NCBI RefSeq assembly: GCF_004010195.1
Contig: NC_057760.1
Span: 540,432 to 604,431 of the forward strand
DNA length: 64,000 nucleotides
Direction of reading: 5' to 3'
Source of the DNA: Chiloscyllium plagiosum
Taxonomy: Eukaryota
Positions 49,081 to 61,599 of this stretch are shown piece by piece. The number at the start of each line of letters is the position of its first letter. Within the stretch, counting starts at the first letter, position 1. The translations under genes and the position numbers were made by a program. Below the pieces are notes generated by a model. That model was not told the DNA's origin. It ran no database searches and was given only the letters and a program-made list of their open reading frames with translations.

Positions 49081-50859
49081 AGTCCTTGTTTAATCCTGCA
49101 GACCTACCTTAGAATAAATGGTGCTAACTGCTTCCTCATCACATTCTGTTGAACATTTGATGAAGGTGGTGATTCTCTGCTGGAATCTCATGATCCGATG
49201 CTCAGTATTATAATTTAGATTTTGAACTAAAATAAAAGTTTTAAATCAATCAGTTTGGAGATGTTACAACTCAGGGTCAGAATTGAATCTGGTTGACATG
49301 GACAAGTTGGACCGAAAGGTCAATTTCTGTATTCTAAATGTGGCCTCACAAGGAGAAAAACATGGAAAGAAATACAGAAGAAGAAAAACAAAGAGAAAGA
49401 GTGAAATGGATAGTGGGAGAGAGAAGCAGGGAGAATAGAATAGAGAGGGAGGGACACAAAGGAAATAGAACGCAAAGATTTAGTAAAACTGAGGAAGATT
49501 TTGATAGAAGCCACAAGAGTGTGGAAGAGAGTAGCATGTGAAGAATTAAAGAGACAGAGAGGAAGATCGTGAAACTGAGAGGCAGGGATTGTCAAGAGTG
49601 GGAGAACAAAGTGGAAACAGGAAAAGACAAATCAAGAAAGTCCAAACAGGGCACAAAAGAGAGTGAATTTGAGAGAGATTGAATATATTAGGAGGCAAAT
49701 TACAGGAGCGAGAGCCGAAGACACAAATTCAAAGAACAGTACTTTAATGGGATAGAGTGAGGGAAATGATGAATAAGTTAAAACAACATTTTAGAATCCT
49801 TTTGCAAAGATATTTATGTAGAATTATTAGTGTGATCTGATTGGAAATCATCTGGACCACACGAGGGGCCATCGTCTGAATAATGTATGAATTATGTTCT
49901 CAGGGCGACGTCTGGATGAATTGCAAGGCACAGCTGACAGATGCAGGGACTGCCATGGTCAATTACTTCTGCATGGTCGGAAACAGCAGCATTAGATGCT
50001 TGACGATAGTATGAAAACAAGAAGCTTGCACGCACCCCAGAGGGTACACCGCCCTGGCGGGGAATGGAGAGTGAGCATCTGTGCGGGAAATTCATCCCAC
50101 ACCTAGACTGGCTGCAAGAGCCCTTGCAAATCCTGCCTCCTGTTAACGCTCACCTCCGTGATCTGAGAGAGAGGGAGCAGAGGAGGGGTTGAGGTGTGAA
50201 GGTCAGAGCGAGGGAAGCAGAAGTGTGCTGGGGCTGAACTGCAAAACCTGTTCCCTCAGTCAAGCAGCTGGGGTTTGGCACTCCCAGGGTACCTCTGTAT
50301 TGCCCTGTGCTATTGAGGATAGTAACTTGGGGCATGGATGTTAGTGAAGGTCATGGAGATGCCCACTGTAGTTGAATAGCCATGGAGGCAAAGGGCAGCT
50401 GTGTCCAAAAGACAGTAAAACAGCTGGGACGGCATAGGGTTTTGATTGCACCAGGGAAGAATGGCAATACCCGCCACAGACTGTCAGCCGTGTGGGCTTG
50501 CACAATGAATGGCCCCTTGGCATTCTTCAGTGCTGGCCTCAAACGTGCTTAACAGTGCCATTGCCCACTCCCAGCATGAAAACCTGTGACATGTTTGACA
50601 GACACTCCAAACCATTTCCATGGTTACCTGTGCGTCCTATAAACTCACAGCTCCATGACAAAGTACCTAAGGTGAATTACAAGTGAATGTTTGCCCAACC
50701 CCATCACAAACTACAACCAGCTTTCTGTTTTGTTAGGGGTGTGTGTTGGGGGAGGGGGGGTTCCGATATTAAAATAGGATTCCCTGTGTGAAACTATAGT
50801 TTCCACAGGGATTACCTCTTATAAGAAAGAAATGCAGATTAACACCAGATCTTTGGGAG

Positions 50860-51160
50860 CATCTGTCTTTACAGGGGTTCTCCAGCTACATGTCAGTATA
50901 TACAGGGAGTCTCAGGGAGTGTGTCTGATTCTATAAAGGGTCTTGGGGAGTCTTATCAGTATTTACAGGGATTTGCTTGTGCCAGTACTTATAGTCATAG
51001 AAGAGGTTCTCTAGAAAGAGTGTCAGTATTTACGGGGGTCGGAGGGTGGGGTGGAGAGTGTCAGTATTTACAGGAGTTGGTGGGCGGGGGGGGGGGGGGT
51101 AGAGAGTCTCAGTATTCAAAGAAGTCTTCAGGTGGACTCTGTCAGTATTTACAGGGGGTA
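50860..51160 (+). repeat. Degenerate tandem repeat with core TGTCAGTATTTACAGGG
   Basis: About 8 units of 30-45 bp. Confidence 0.75.
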
Positions 51161-51314
51161 CTTAATGGCTCCTCATATAACAAACCCATCATCCATAGGA
51201 TCATTCTTGTAAACCTCCTCCAGACTCCCTCCAACACCAGCTCATCCACCCTTAAATTGGGGTACAGATCTCTCGCACAGAGTTTTTTCCTGTTGCTCAG
51301 AAGGGTAGGGGAAA

Positions 51315-51560
51315 AGAGGAAGAGAGCATTATTTTTGGAGACTTCATAGTGAGGGAAACAGATTGCAGATTCAGTGGGTAGGGGACACATTTATGATTGG
51401 TGTGTTGTCTCCCAGCTCCCAGGGTTTGTGATGTCTCACATCGTGTTTTTGCAATTCTTAAGGGGGAGGAGGAGTAGTCCCAAGTCATGGTCCACACATG
51501 CAACAACAACATAAGAAAGAAAAGGCATGTAGATAAAAGGCAGAAATTCAGTGAGCTAAA
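51315..51560 (+). mobile_element. CR1 ORF1 SGNH/esterase-domain remnant
   Basis: IIFGDFIVRETDCRF..LVCCLPAPRVCDVS..ILKGE..VMVHTCNNNI, a decayed GDS / CLPGARV / HIGTND pattern with stops. Confidence 0.75.
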
Positions 51561-51597
51561 GTGACATCTTTGAAATCGATCAAACAGAGATGTTCAC

Positions 51598-51960
51598 TCT
51601 ATTCCAAATACAGTCTAACCAGAACCGTAGGTAGTCTCAGCAATACATCTTTGCTGTTGTATTCTAGCCCTCTTGAACACTGACATTGCATTTGCCTTCC
51701 TGACTGCCAACTGATGTTAACCTTGAGAGAATCCTGTACTAGGACCAAGTCCCTTTTAGTAGATTTCCAAAGTATTTCCCCATTTAGAAAATGGCTAATG
51801 TCTCGATTCTTCCTACCCAAGTGCAAAATCACACACTTTCCCACGTTGTAGTCCATCTGCTGCTTCTTTGCCCACTCTCCCAGCCTGTCCAAGTCCTTCT
51901 GCAGCCACCCACTTCCTCAACACTACCTGTCCCTCCACCTGTCTGTGTCATCTGTACATT
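51598..51960 (-). mobile_element. CR1 LINE RT fragment
   Basis: DRLGEWAKKQQMDYNVGKC..LVRLYLE. Confidence 0.85.
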
Positions 51961-52143
51961 GTTCCTGCTCTCTGGCAGGGGGAAAGATATTTATCTTGAA
52001 TTCCTAATTAGATTAATCAATGACTGTTTTATATTTATGATCCACCCCTAGTTCTCCCACACAAGTGGAAACATCATCACTACATCTGCCCTATCAAACT
52101 CCTTAAATAAAACAAAGTGCTGTGTAGGCTGGAAATCTGAAAC

Positions 52144-52437
52144 ATAGAATCCCTACAGTGCTGAAGTAAGCCATTTGGCTCAAGTCCACACTAACCCTCG
52201 GAAGAGCCTCCCACTCAGAACTATTCCGTACACCATCCCTGTAACCCCATATTTCCCATGGCTAATCCACCTAACCTGCACATCCCTGGACTTAATTTGC
52301 CAGTTTACCCTAACTTGCACATCTTTGAACTGTAGGAGGAAACTGGAGCGCCTGAAGGAAACCCACAGAGACACAGGGGAGAATGTGCAAACTCCACACA
52401 GACACTCGAGGGGGGATATCAAACCCAGGTCCCTGGG
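52144..52437 (-). mobile_element. HE1-type SINE nested in a Penelope-like terminal fragment
   Basis: HE1 core; the flanks GCTGGAAATCTGAAA | AAAAACAGAAATTGCTGGAAAAACT rejoin. Confidence 0.75.
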
Positions 52438-53544
52438 TTTAAAAACAGAAATTGCTGGAAAAACTGAAGGAGGATCACTATAGAGTCATGCCACATGGAA
52501 ACAGACCCTTTGGTCCAACCAGTTCATGCCAAACATAATCCCAAACTAAACTAGTCCCACCTGCCTGCGTTTGGCCCATATCCCTCCAAATATTTCCTAT
52601 TCGTGTCCTGTTCCAAATGTCTTTTAAATGTTGTAACCGTACCCACACCCATCACTTAATCTGCTCTTTCTCCACAGATGTTGCCAGACATGCTGTGGTT
52701 CTACAGCAATGTCTGTATTTCACTATCAAATTTATGAATTTTAAACGACCTTGATCAGGTCACCACCTTCTCCCCCTTAGCTTTCTCTTTTTGAAAGAGA
52801 CCTTTTCCACTGCCTCTATGTCATTTCTTATATACTGTATTGGGTATGGCAATAAAATGAGACACAGAAAGAAAATGATACACAGACCCAGAGAACCCAA
52901 ATTTCACAAGAGCCTTTATTATTTTGGAGGTGACTTGATTTGTTACAGTATCACTCCACAATTCATCTACTCCAACTACAATTGCATCACAAATAAATGA
53001 GGGGCTTAAACATTTTGGGTGGTGGGGGAGTTCAGAAAGTGAGGAAGCCCCCACCCCGCTCCTGATACAGACATACGGGGGTGGAGCACAATCTTTGAAC
53101 CCCTCAGTCCATTTTAAAAGAGCACCAGAACCAGCTAGTGCTAACAGAGCCCTTATTCCCTCCCTCACCCCACTGTTAGGGTGGCCAACTCCTGCCTGAC
53201 AATATTCCTGGAGATTGCATCACATGACCTCCTTGCCCCATTCCTCCCCTCCTGGTATGGGTCACCCAACACATCCATTCACCGATTGGACAGCAGTTCA
53301 GCATTGTCACTATGTTTTTATTGAGTTCCTGCCCATTTTGACTTATAATTCTTGGGGATGTAGGGGGAAGAAACATTGCCTCTTTAGGGAAGGGTTGTTC
53401 AGTTCAGAGACTCTTTCATGGGAAGAAAGGGTCTCTCCCCATTAGGAGTTTTACAAGAATGCAAAGTGCCCTTATTAAAGCATAGAAGCTCCTGAGGTGT
53501 TCCTTGAAAGAATCAAAGTCTTTTCTCATCTAGAAACTTGATTG

Positions 53545-54365
53545 AATGGCCCGAGGAATAGCAGAAGTAGATTAATTTTGATAAATGTGAGGCATTGTGT
53601 TTTCATCGGGCAAATCAGGACAGGGCTTATACACTTAATAGTAAGATCATGGGGAATGTTGCCAAAGAAAGAGACCTTGAAATGCAGGTTCATAGTTCTT
53701 TGAAATTAGAATCGCTGGTAGATAGGATAGTGAAGGAGGTGTTGGGTACGCTTGCCTTTATTGGTCAGTGTAGATGTTGAGAGGTCATGTTGAAGCTGTA
53801 CGGGACATTGATTAAGCCACTTTTGGAACACTGTGCTCAATTCTGGTCTCCCTACTATAGGAAAGATGTTGTCAAACTTGAAAGGGTTCAGAAAAGACTT
53901 ACAAAGATGTTGCCGGGGTTGGAGGAATTGAGGTATAGGGAGAGGTTGAACAGGCTGGGGCTATTTTCCTTGGAGCATCAGAGGTTGAGGAGTGACCTTA
54001 TAAAAGGTTTATAAAAATCATGAGGGGTATGGATACAGTGAATAGTCAAGGTCTTTTCTATAGGGGAGGAGAGTCCAAAGCTAGAGGGCATAGGTTTAAG
54101 GTGACAGGAGTAAGATTTAAGAAGGACCTAACTTTTTCACACAGAGGGTGGTGCATGTATGGAATGAGCTGCCAGAGTAAGTGCTGAAGGCTGGTACAAT
54201 TACAACATTTAAAAGGCATCTGGATGGGGACATGATTGGAAGGGTTTAAGGAATAGAATTCTGGACAAATGTTGGCAAATGGGACGAGATGAATTTAGGA
54301 TATCTGGTCAGCATGGACCAGTTAGACTAAAGGGTCTGTTTCATGCTCTCCATCTCTTATGACTC
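53545..54365 (+). mobile_element. CR1 LINE 3' part
   Basis: [28 protein letters not shown] and 3' UTR. Confidence 0.92.
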
Positions 54366-55784
54366 TTTAGAGAAGGGTCCTTCACTTGAAAGATTGTTTC
54401 CTGGGAAGAAAGGGGGTTGCTCCCATGAGGAATGCTTTGGTCTGTACTCAATTGTGTTTTATAAAAATGAAAAGTCACCTTATTAAACCATAGAAGCTAT
54501 TGAGGCTATTCTTGGAAAGTGTTTCTCCTCATCTAGAATCGGTGGGGGCGAGGGTTCATAATTTCAGAATGAGGGTTCTCCCTTGGAAGACAAAAAGGAA
54601 TTTCTTTCCTCAGAGGGTCATGGCATTTTCACCTGCGGAGTGTGGCAGGGGCTGGATCACTGAATATACTTAAAGCTCGAGTTAAGACAGATTTCTGATT
54701 GATGCAGCAGGCAAGGGTGCAGAGAAGAAATCAAGGCCAGGACCAGATCTGATCAAAGGTCAAACAAGGCTCGAGGGGCCAAATAGCTCACTCCAGTTTC
54801 TTACGTAAAGGAAACTTTCTGTTATTATTTTTACACACCATTTTGGCCGATAGCTTTCCTTTAGCCTATAATCTTTTACTCGAGAATTGTGGAAGGATTT
54901 ACCTCTTCACCAGTTGGTCACTAAACAATTAAAATAAACCCACGCAATTATTCAGTTGTCAAAGCAAACACCTCTCAAAATGAGGCAAAGGTATCATTGA
55001 GTAGTTTGGCAGATGAAGGCTGAATGACCCAAGAGAAAGAAAGTTGGTCACACAAAATTATGTCCTATTGATTGCTGGAAAGCTCTGTCAAATCCACAAA
55101 GAACTTTTCCCCTCAAAGTATTCCCAAACCTCCAAACCTTACCCAGGAAAAACAGTGCGCTCTATCCAGACTTGACAAGCAGATTGTATCACAATGCCAG
55201 ATGAGTTAAGGGCACTTGAGGCAGTGGTCTCTGCATCTCCACACTGTTGGATTGCCAGTGCCGCACTGTTGGAGTGCCAGCGACAAGGGAGCGTAGCATT
55301 GTTGGAGTGCCAGTGACAAGGAAAAGGGCACTGTCAGAGGGTCAGTGCTGAGGGAGCACTGCACTGTTGTAGTGCCAATGATGAGGGTCCGGACATTGTC
55401 AGAGGTTCAGTGCTGAGGGAGCAGGCACCATAGGAGGGTCAGCACTAAGGGAGTGGGCACTGTCAGAGACGGAACACCAATAAACTATGGCTCCATCCAC
55501 CATCTCGAGTGGCCATAAAATATCCTTGAGGAAGACTATGGGAAAGGACTTCTCTGTAGTGTCTGATATTAATGCTTCAACAAACATCAAATCCAACACA
55601 AGTCTCCATTGTTACATGGGAGCTTGCTGCATGTAATTTGGTTGCTTTTTCTACAGTGATTACACAGACTTCATTGACTGGGACATCCTGAGGTGGCAAA
55701 AAAGTACTATAAAAATGCAAGTCTTTGAGATATTCCTCTCTTAAAAAGTCCTTGGGAGGAGGCCTGAGCTGGCTGAACTTGGAC

Positions 55785-56267
55785 CTACTTCTGGCTCCAT
55801 CGCACGTAAGCCTCTGACAGATCCAACAGCACGATGGAATCGCACGACAAGACAAGGGGCAAGGATGTGGCACTGCTATGGTTGGCGGGGAGGCATGGGG
55901 GTGCACTGCTGCTCCTGCCTGGACGCCTCTGGCAGGCTGGGGTCCTGACGGTGGAAGCCCAGGCCCCCTGGACCGGCCAGAGAGTGCCAGAGCGGGTGGA
56001 GGAGGGGAGTTCTGGGCTGTCCTGCATGACCAAAGTGAGACACTGCAGGTTTTGGGAGCGGTCAGACAGTCCTCCTGGGTCACCATAAGAAGCGACCCCT
56101 TCTGCTGGACCTTCCCGGAGCTCAGGCCTCTCCTCCCAGCTCCCGGATGACGATGAGGTACCCGCTTGATCCTGGGGGCCACTGTCACTGAACGATTGTC
56201 TTCGGGACGAGGAAGGAGAAAGCGACTCCCACGAGGAACTGGTCTCCGATGACCCGGTCCGAAACTG
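55785..56267 (-). CDS. CIART: CIART terminal coding exon (QFRTGSSE...VRWSQK*)
   Basis: Acceptor ttttcctttcaccccCAG|CAG, phase 0, Ser/Pro-rich and open to TAG at 55785. Homology is weak; assigned by frame and position. Confidence 0.75.
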   Translation of the reverse strand, partial: QFRTGSSETSSSWESLSPSSSRRQSFSDSGPQDQAGTSSSSGSWEERPELREGPAEGVASYGDPGGLSDRSQNLQCLTLVMQDSPELPSSTRSGTLWPVQGAWASTVRTPACQRRPGRSSSAPPCLPANHSSATSLPLVLSCDSIVLLDLSEAYVRWSQK

Positions 56268-59200
56268 CTGGGGGTGAAAGGAAAACCACATTTTATGCTG
56301 GGCAAAAGTCAATTTGGTAAAAGACAATGGCAATTACCAGTCAGTCCTGTGGGCTCCCTTCCACTCTTAATTTCACAAGATGCAGGCTAACTGTTTCCCA
56401 TCCCTAATGACCTCTTGAACCCCTCTGACAGAGTAATGAAAAAGGATCAGTTTAGAGAAAGAGTCACTGGACCCGAAATGATTTCTCTCCATAGATGCTG
56501 CCAGACCTGCTGAGCTTTACCAGCAATTCTAATTTACCGCATCTGCAGTGGTTTCAGTTTTTATCTAGTGAAGGAGGCATTTGGTATGTTTGACTATATT
56601 GGTCATTGCACTGAGTATAAGAGTTGGGATGCCATGTTGCAGCTGTGCAGGATATTGGTTAGGCCACTTTTGGAATACTGTGTTCAGTTCTGGTCTTCCT
56701 GCTATAGGAAGGATGTTGTGAAACTTGAAAGGGTGCAGAAAAGATTTACAAGGATGTTGCTGGGGTTGGAGTGTTTGAGCTATAGGGAGAGGCTGAACAG
56801 GCTGGAGCTATTTTCCCTGGAGTATCAGAGGCTGATAGATGGCCTTATAGAGGTTTATAAAATCATGAGGGGCATGGATAGAGTGAATAGACAAGGTATT
56901 TTTCCCCAGTGTGGGGGAGTCCAGAACCAAAGGGCATAGGTTTAAGTTGAGAGGGGAAAGATTTAAAAAGGACCGAAAGGGAAACGTTTTCACGCAGAAG
57001 GTGGTGAGTGTATGGAATGAGCTGCCAAAGGAGACATGGAGGCTGATACAATTACAACATTTAAAAGGCAACTCAATGGATATATGAATAGGAAGGTTTA
57101 GAGGGCTATGAGCCAAATGCTGGCAAATGGGACTAGATTAATTTAGGATGTCTGGTTGGCACGGACAAGTTGCAAAGGGTCCGTTTCTATGTTGTACATC
57201 TGTATGACCACATTTTTTAAAAAAAATTCATTCATGGGTTTTTAGACCATTATTTATTTCCCATCCCCAGTTGCCTCTTGTACAAAGAGGATTGGTTAGC
57301 CAATCTTTTGTTTTTAAAACGTCTGTTGGGTCAACATTTATGGCCGGAAAGCTGTGCTGAATGGCCTCCTCTGCTATGGTTACTGGGGCCCTGACCCATC
57401 AGGGTTATGTACCTTTCTTGCATTGCATCCACTTCCTGTAGGCCCAGAGCCTTCAGTGCCTGGCGTTGCCATGGTGACATGAGGGAACCAAACCTTCAGC
57501 ATCATTTCCACTTGAAGCAGTGTGCCTAAGTAACGCTCCCTTTTTATATGAAGTTGGGGGGGAGGCAAGAGAGAATGAAAATTGCATGAGTAACATATTT
57601 TGCAGCACACAAAAATGAGTAAATGCCTGCATTTATACAAGGCTAGACTCGCTCTTGATATCAAGGCCTGGTGCTCACCAGAAGCTTATAAGATGGACCC
57701 GATTTCATTGTAAACTGCCTGCCATTGACTACAAACAACCAATGCTGCACACAGCGTCAAACTGCGACTGGGATCTCTGCTTGCCTCCTGTTTCCTCGCT
57801 TTCAGATACCCAAACTGACAAATACTATGAATTTGAACTTCTCATTTTCAAATCCACCTCTTATAGAATCCCTACAGTGTGGAAGCAGGTCATTTGGTCC
57901 ATCAAATCCACACTGACCCTCTGAAGAGCATTCCAAATACCCATACCCTATTCCCTGTAACCCTACATTTGCCATGGCTACCTAGCCTGCATATCCCTGG
58001 GCAAGTTGGCATGGCCAATCCACCCTAAACTGCACATCTTCGGACCAGCACTGACTCTCGTCTACCTCTGATTTCCAGACCTTCTTCAATCACTAAGATC
58101 ATAATTTCTTTGATTCTGTATTGCCTCTCTTTACATCCCACACTCGTAGGCCCCACCATCTCCCTGCAGCCCCATTTCAAACTCTGACCTTGCTATTGGC
58201 TAACATTTTGCCCAAACTCATCCTCTTTCTCCCCCCCATCCCCAACTCCTAATCTGTTACCCTTCCCTCCTCCTCCCACTTAGTTGGTGTCCACTTCCTC
58301 CATGCCTCAGTGAAGCGCCTTGCAGACATTTTAAACAGAAATGTGGATTCAGGACAGTGGAAGTGACAATGTGGCACTCCTTCAGCACTGACCCTCTGAC
58401 AGTGCCCGCTCCCTCAGCATTGGCCCTCCGACAGTGGCCACTCCCTCATTACCAGGGAGGGAATTGGTCCTCAAGGCCATAAAGCCATGCTGTGTAGAAG
58501 GAAGACAGCAGCCATCTGTCCTGGCACCTACCCCATTCCTGGCTTCTGCAGAACACCTATGATCCTCTGGATCCGGTCCATAGCAACGCTCTGCTGAAAA
58601 CTGGTGAGACCTGAAAAGATGAACAGGACCATTTCCTGAGTTCAAATCCTGGCATTGCCATTCGAGAAATGAAAGATAAAAAAAGATATGTTTACACTAA
58701 ACAGGCCATTCGACCAAACTGATGCATACTGGTGTTACCCTCATTTATACATTTAATTGTAGGGCCCAGGGGAGTGTTGCTGAACAAAACTTCGGGGTGC
58801 AAGTTCATAGTTCCTTGAAAGTCAACTCTCAGGATTAAGCATTCCAATGTTATTTTGCCTTTATTGGTCAGTGCATTGAGTATAAGAGTCAGAAGGTCAT
58901 GTTGCAGCTGTGCAGGACAATGGTTCAGCCACTTTTGGAATACTGTATTTGATTGGTCTGGTCTCCCTGCTATCGGCAATATGTTGTCAAACTTGAAAGG
59001 GTTCAGAAGAGATTTACAAGGATGTTGCCAGGGTTNNNNNNNNNNNNNNNNNNNNNNGGGGGGGGTGGGGGGGGGGGGGGGGGGGGGGGGGGGGCAATTT
59101 TTCTTGGAGGCTGAGGGGTGACCTTTTATAGGGGTTTATAAAATCATGAGGGACACAGGTGGGGTGAAGAGCCAAGGTCCTTTCCCAAGGTAGGGGAGTC

Positions 59201-61558
59201 CAAAACTAGAGGACATAAGTTTAAGGTGAGAGGGGAAAGATTTAAAAGGGACCCGAAGGGGGGATCTTTTCCGAGGCGGTGGTGTGTGTATGGAATGAGC
59301 TGCCAGAGGAAATGGTGTAGGCTGGTACAATGACAATATTTAAAAGGCATCTGGCTGGCTATATGAATAGAAATTTTTCAGAGGGATATGGGCTAAATGC
59401 TGGCAAATGGGACTAGATTAATTTAGGATATCTGGTTGGCATGGACGAGTTGGGCCATAGGGTCCGTGTCTGTGCTCTACATGTCTTTGGTTTTTTTCTT
59501 TTCCTGACCGGTCACAAAGCTCACACACACACCTTCAGAGAGAATCATTTCAATCTCATTCTTACCTTTGTTGTACCGTCCGGTCTTTAGTCCATCAAGA
59601 AGGATAGTCAGTGGCCGGATAAACACCTGGAGTTCCTTACACTGGACATAACATCCACCAAAACAAAAACAAACAGGAGATATCAAAATCAATCTATAGA
59701 ATTAAAACAGAGAAATGACACTGCTCTGCAAGGAGGGAGCCTGATGAACCTGACGGGCCAAATGGCCTCCACCTGTGCTGCAATTTGGCTACAATGAAAA
59801 CAGACCACTCAGTCCATCTATCCACGCTGACATTTTCTGCTCCACTGCAACGTCCAACCACCCTCCCATCCATCGATATATCATTTTCTCCCCTGTGTGT
59901 TTATCCAACTTCCCCACTTTAACTCTATTGGCCTCAACAATGACACATGAGAGTGAGTCCCCTATTTCCCCCCCCCCCCCACCCAAGCAGGAGTGAGTCC
60001 CCCATTCTCCCACTCCCCGCAGGAACGAGTCCCCCATCCTCTCACCCCCCACTCCCCGCAGGAGCAAATTCCCCATTTACCCCTTCAGCAAGTGTTGCGG
60101 GGAAGATACATTTCAAACCCTCTGTAGTTCCAAATTTAATTCCAGTGATACTGGGTCAGCAGTATTGAAGGAATCACATGATTTGTTAGCTCTGGTCTCA
60201 AATGTACATGTCCCTCCTTCTGCCCTAAGCCTGCAATCTTCAGCATATCCAAAGCTCTGGGGTTTTGTATACTCATTCACGCGGTGTCTCCTTAACCAAC
60301 ACTTTCTTGCAATGATGACCTACACTGGCTCCCAGTCTGGTCAGATGTAAAACTGTTGTCTTTTGACAACGTCTCCATCAGTCCAAACCTCAGAGACCTC
60401 CTTCCCTCTCCATTCCAACCTCTTCTGCGTTCCCTTTCTCCAAGGGCTTCCCGAAATCAATTGGAGGAGGATAGGACTGGAGCCAATCTTTATGCACACA
60501 CTTATGTTTACTTACACAGTCGCTGTTCCATATGTACGCCTCCTGACTGGATATATTTCAATCAATGCCTATTTGGATACTTTACGTCAGACCTCTGGAG
60601 CAGGTGGGTGTTCTGATACAAAGGTAGGAACACTACCACTGCACCACTGGTACCCTTAGCTTCTTTTTTTACTGTTAATTTGTGGGAAGTGGGCATCGCT
60701 AGCTGGGCCCCGTATTTATTACCCGTCCCTAATTGCCCCTTGAGATGGTGGTAGTGAGCTGCCTTCTGGAACTGCTGCAGTCCAAATGCTGTGGGTTGAC
60801 CCACAGTGCCTTTAGGGAGGGAATTCCATGTTTTTTTTCCTGTGAAGGAAAGGCTGATATATTTCCATGTCAGAGGGGAATTTGAAGGGGAATGTGTTCC
60901 CATGTACCTGCGGAACTGCAGTTTCAGTCGCTGTCTATTTATCAGGATGGGAGTGAATTCTTAATATTTTGAACACAATTAATAGCCAACCCCCACAAAA
61001 CCAGAGGATGGATTAAATCAACAAAGTGAGGAATAGAGAATTCCAAACCTTCTGCGCAAAAAGTAGGTCTCCTCTTGTCTTGACTCGAGGCATCTTTTCA
61101 CTCAGGGTAGTCCCCTGCTGCTTGGACACATCCCATTCCCTTCTCCGCTTCAGAGCCCTGCTTAGGAACTTCTGGGGGTACTGACTAACACCATCGAGGG
61201 AGAGCTTCCATGCTCGGTCCAGAATAGCGGTACCCGGCAGAGACGGGCACGGCCACACAGGGGCCGAGGCAAAATAGATATTCTCCCGTGGCTTCTTGAG
61301 GTGGGAGGCCGACATGGGGTGAGGGATGAAGGCTTGAGGCCCGGGCGAGGTTACCTTGCTGGCAGAGGCCGTGCCCACGCCAACAAAGGCAGACTGATCA
61401 TGGAGAGGGAACCCCATTGGCCTGGCCCTGCAGGGGGCAACATCCTTGGAGGCTCTGTCAGAGTCACTGTCGGAAAGGAAGACGTCGCAGTCCCCGTCTT
61501 CCTCGCTGCTGAACCCCTCAATGGATTCTCGAGAAGCTTTACTTCCGGTTGAATCCAT
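55785..61558 (-). CDS. CIART: Circadian-associated repressor of transcription (CIART/CHRONO), 5 coding exons, about 424 aa
   Basis: The spliced product contains GDLLFAQK|CKELQVFIRPLTILLDGLKTGRYNK|GLTSFQQSVAMDRIQRIIGVLQKPGMG|ERYLGTLLQVEMMLKVWFP, matching the conserved CIART core. All junctions are GT-AG and in frame. Confidence 0.95.
56566..57210 (+). mobile_element. CR1 LINE 3' part in a CIART intron
   Basis: [19 protein letters not shown]. Confidence 0.92.
57413..57539 (-). CDS. CIART: CIART coding exon 4 (ERYLGTLLQVEMMLKVWFPHVT...NARK)
   Basis: 127 bp; cttcatataaaaAG / GTacat. Confidence 0.92.
57862..58045 (-). mobile_element. HE1-type SINE 3' part
   Basis: Core and tail similar to the other copies. 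Confidence 0.75.
58532..58610 (-). CDS. CIART: CIART coding exon 3 (GLTSFQQSVAMDRIQRIIGVLQKPGMG)
   Basis: 79 bp; catcttttcAG / GTaggt; not in the ORF track. Confidence 0.96.
58750..59480 (+). mobile_element. CR1 LINE 3' part spanning a small gap
   Basis: Collinear with the other CR1 3' copies. Confidence 0.88.
59566..59641 (-). CDS. CIART: CIART coding exon 2 (CKELQVFIRPLTILLDGLKTGRYNK)
   Basis: 76 bp; tatgtccAG / GTaaga. Confidence 0.96.
59948..60080 (+). repeat. About 35-40-bp tandem repeat (GAGTGAGTCCCCCATT..CCCCGCAG)
   Basis: 4 units in the first CIART coding intron. Confidence 0.75.
61049..61558 (-). CDS. CIART: CIART coding exon 1 (MDSTGS...GDLLFAQK)
   Basis: ATG at 61558, just inside an acceptor (ctgtttctgttccAG; exon starts 61561), so an upstream non-coding exon is implied. 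Donor GTttgg; 510 bp coding. Confidence 0.93.
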
Positions 61559-61599
61559 TCTCTGGAACAGAAACAGATGAAAATGTCGTCACAGGTAGA

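Noticed and set aside
55577..56305. 242-aa alternative-frame ORF over the last CIART exon
   Set aside because: Out of phase with the phase-0 donor at 57413 and runs into SINE sequence.
59058..59094. G-quadruplex or regulatory G-run
   Set aside because: Poly-G directly abutting a gap inside a CR1 copy; probably a sequencing or assembly artefact.
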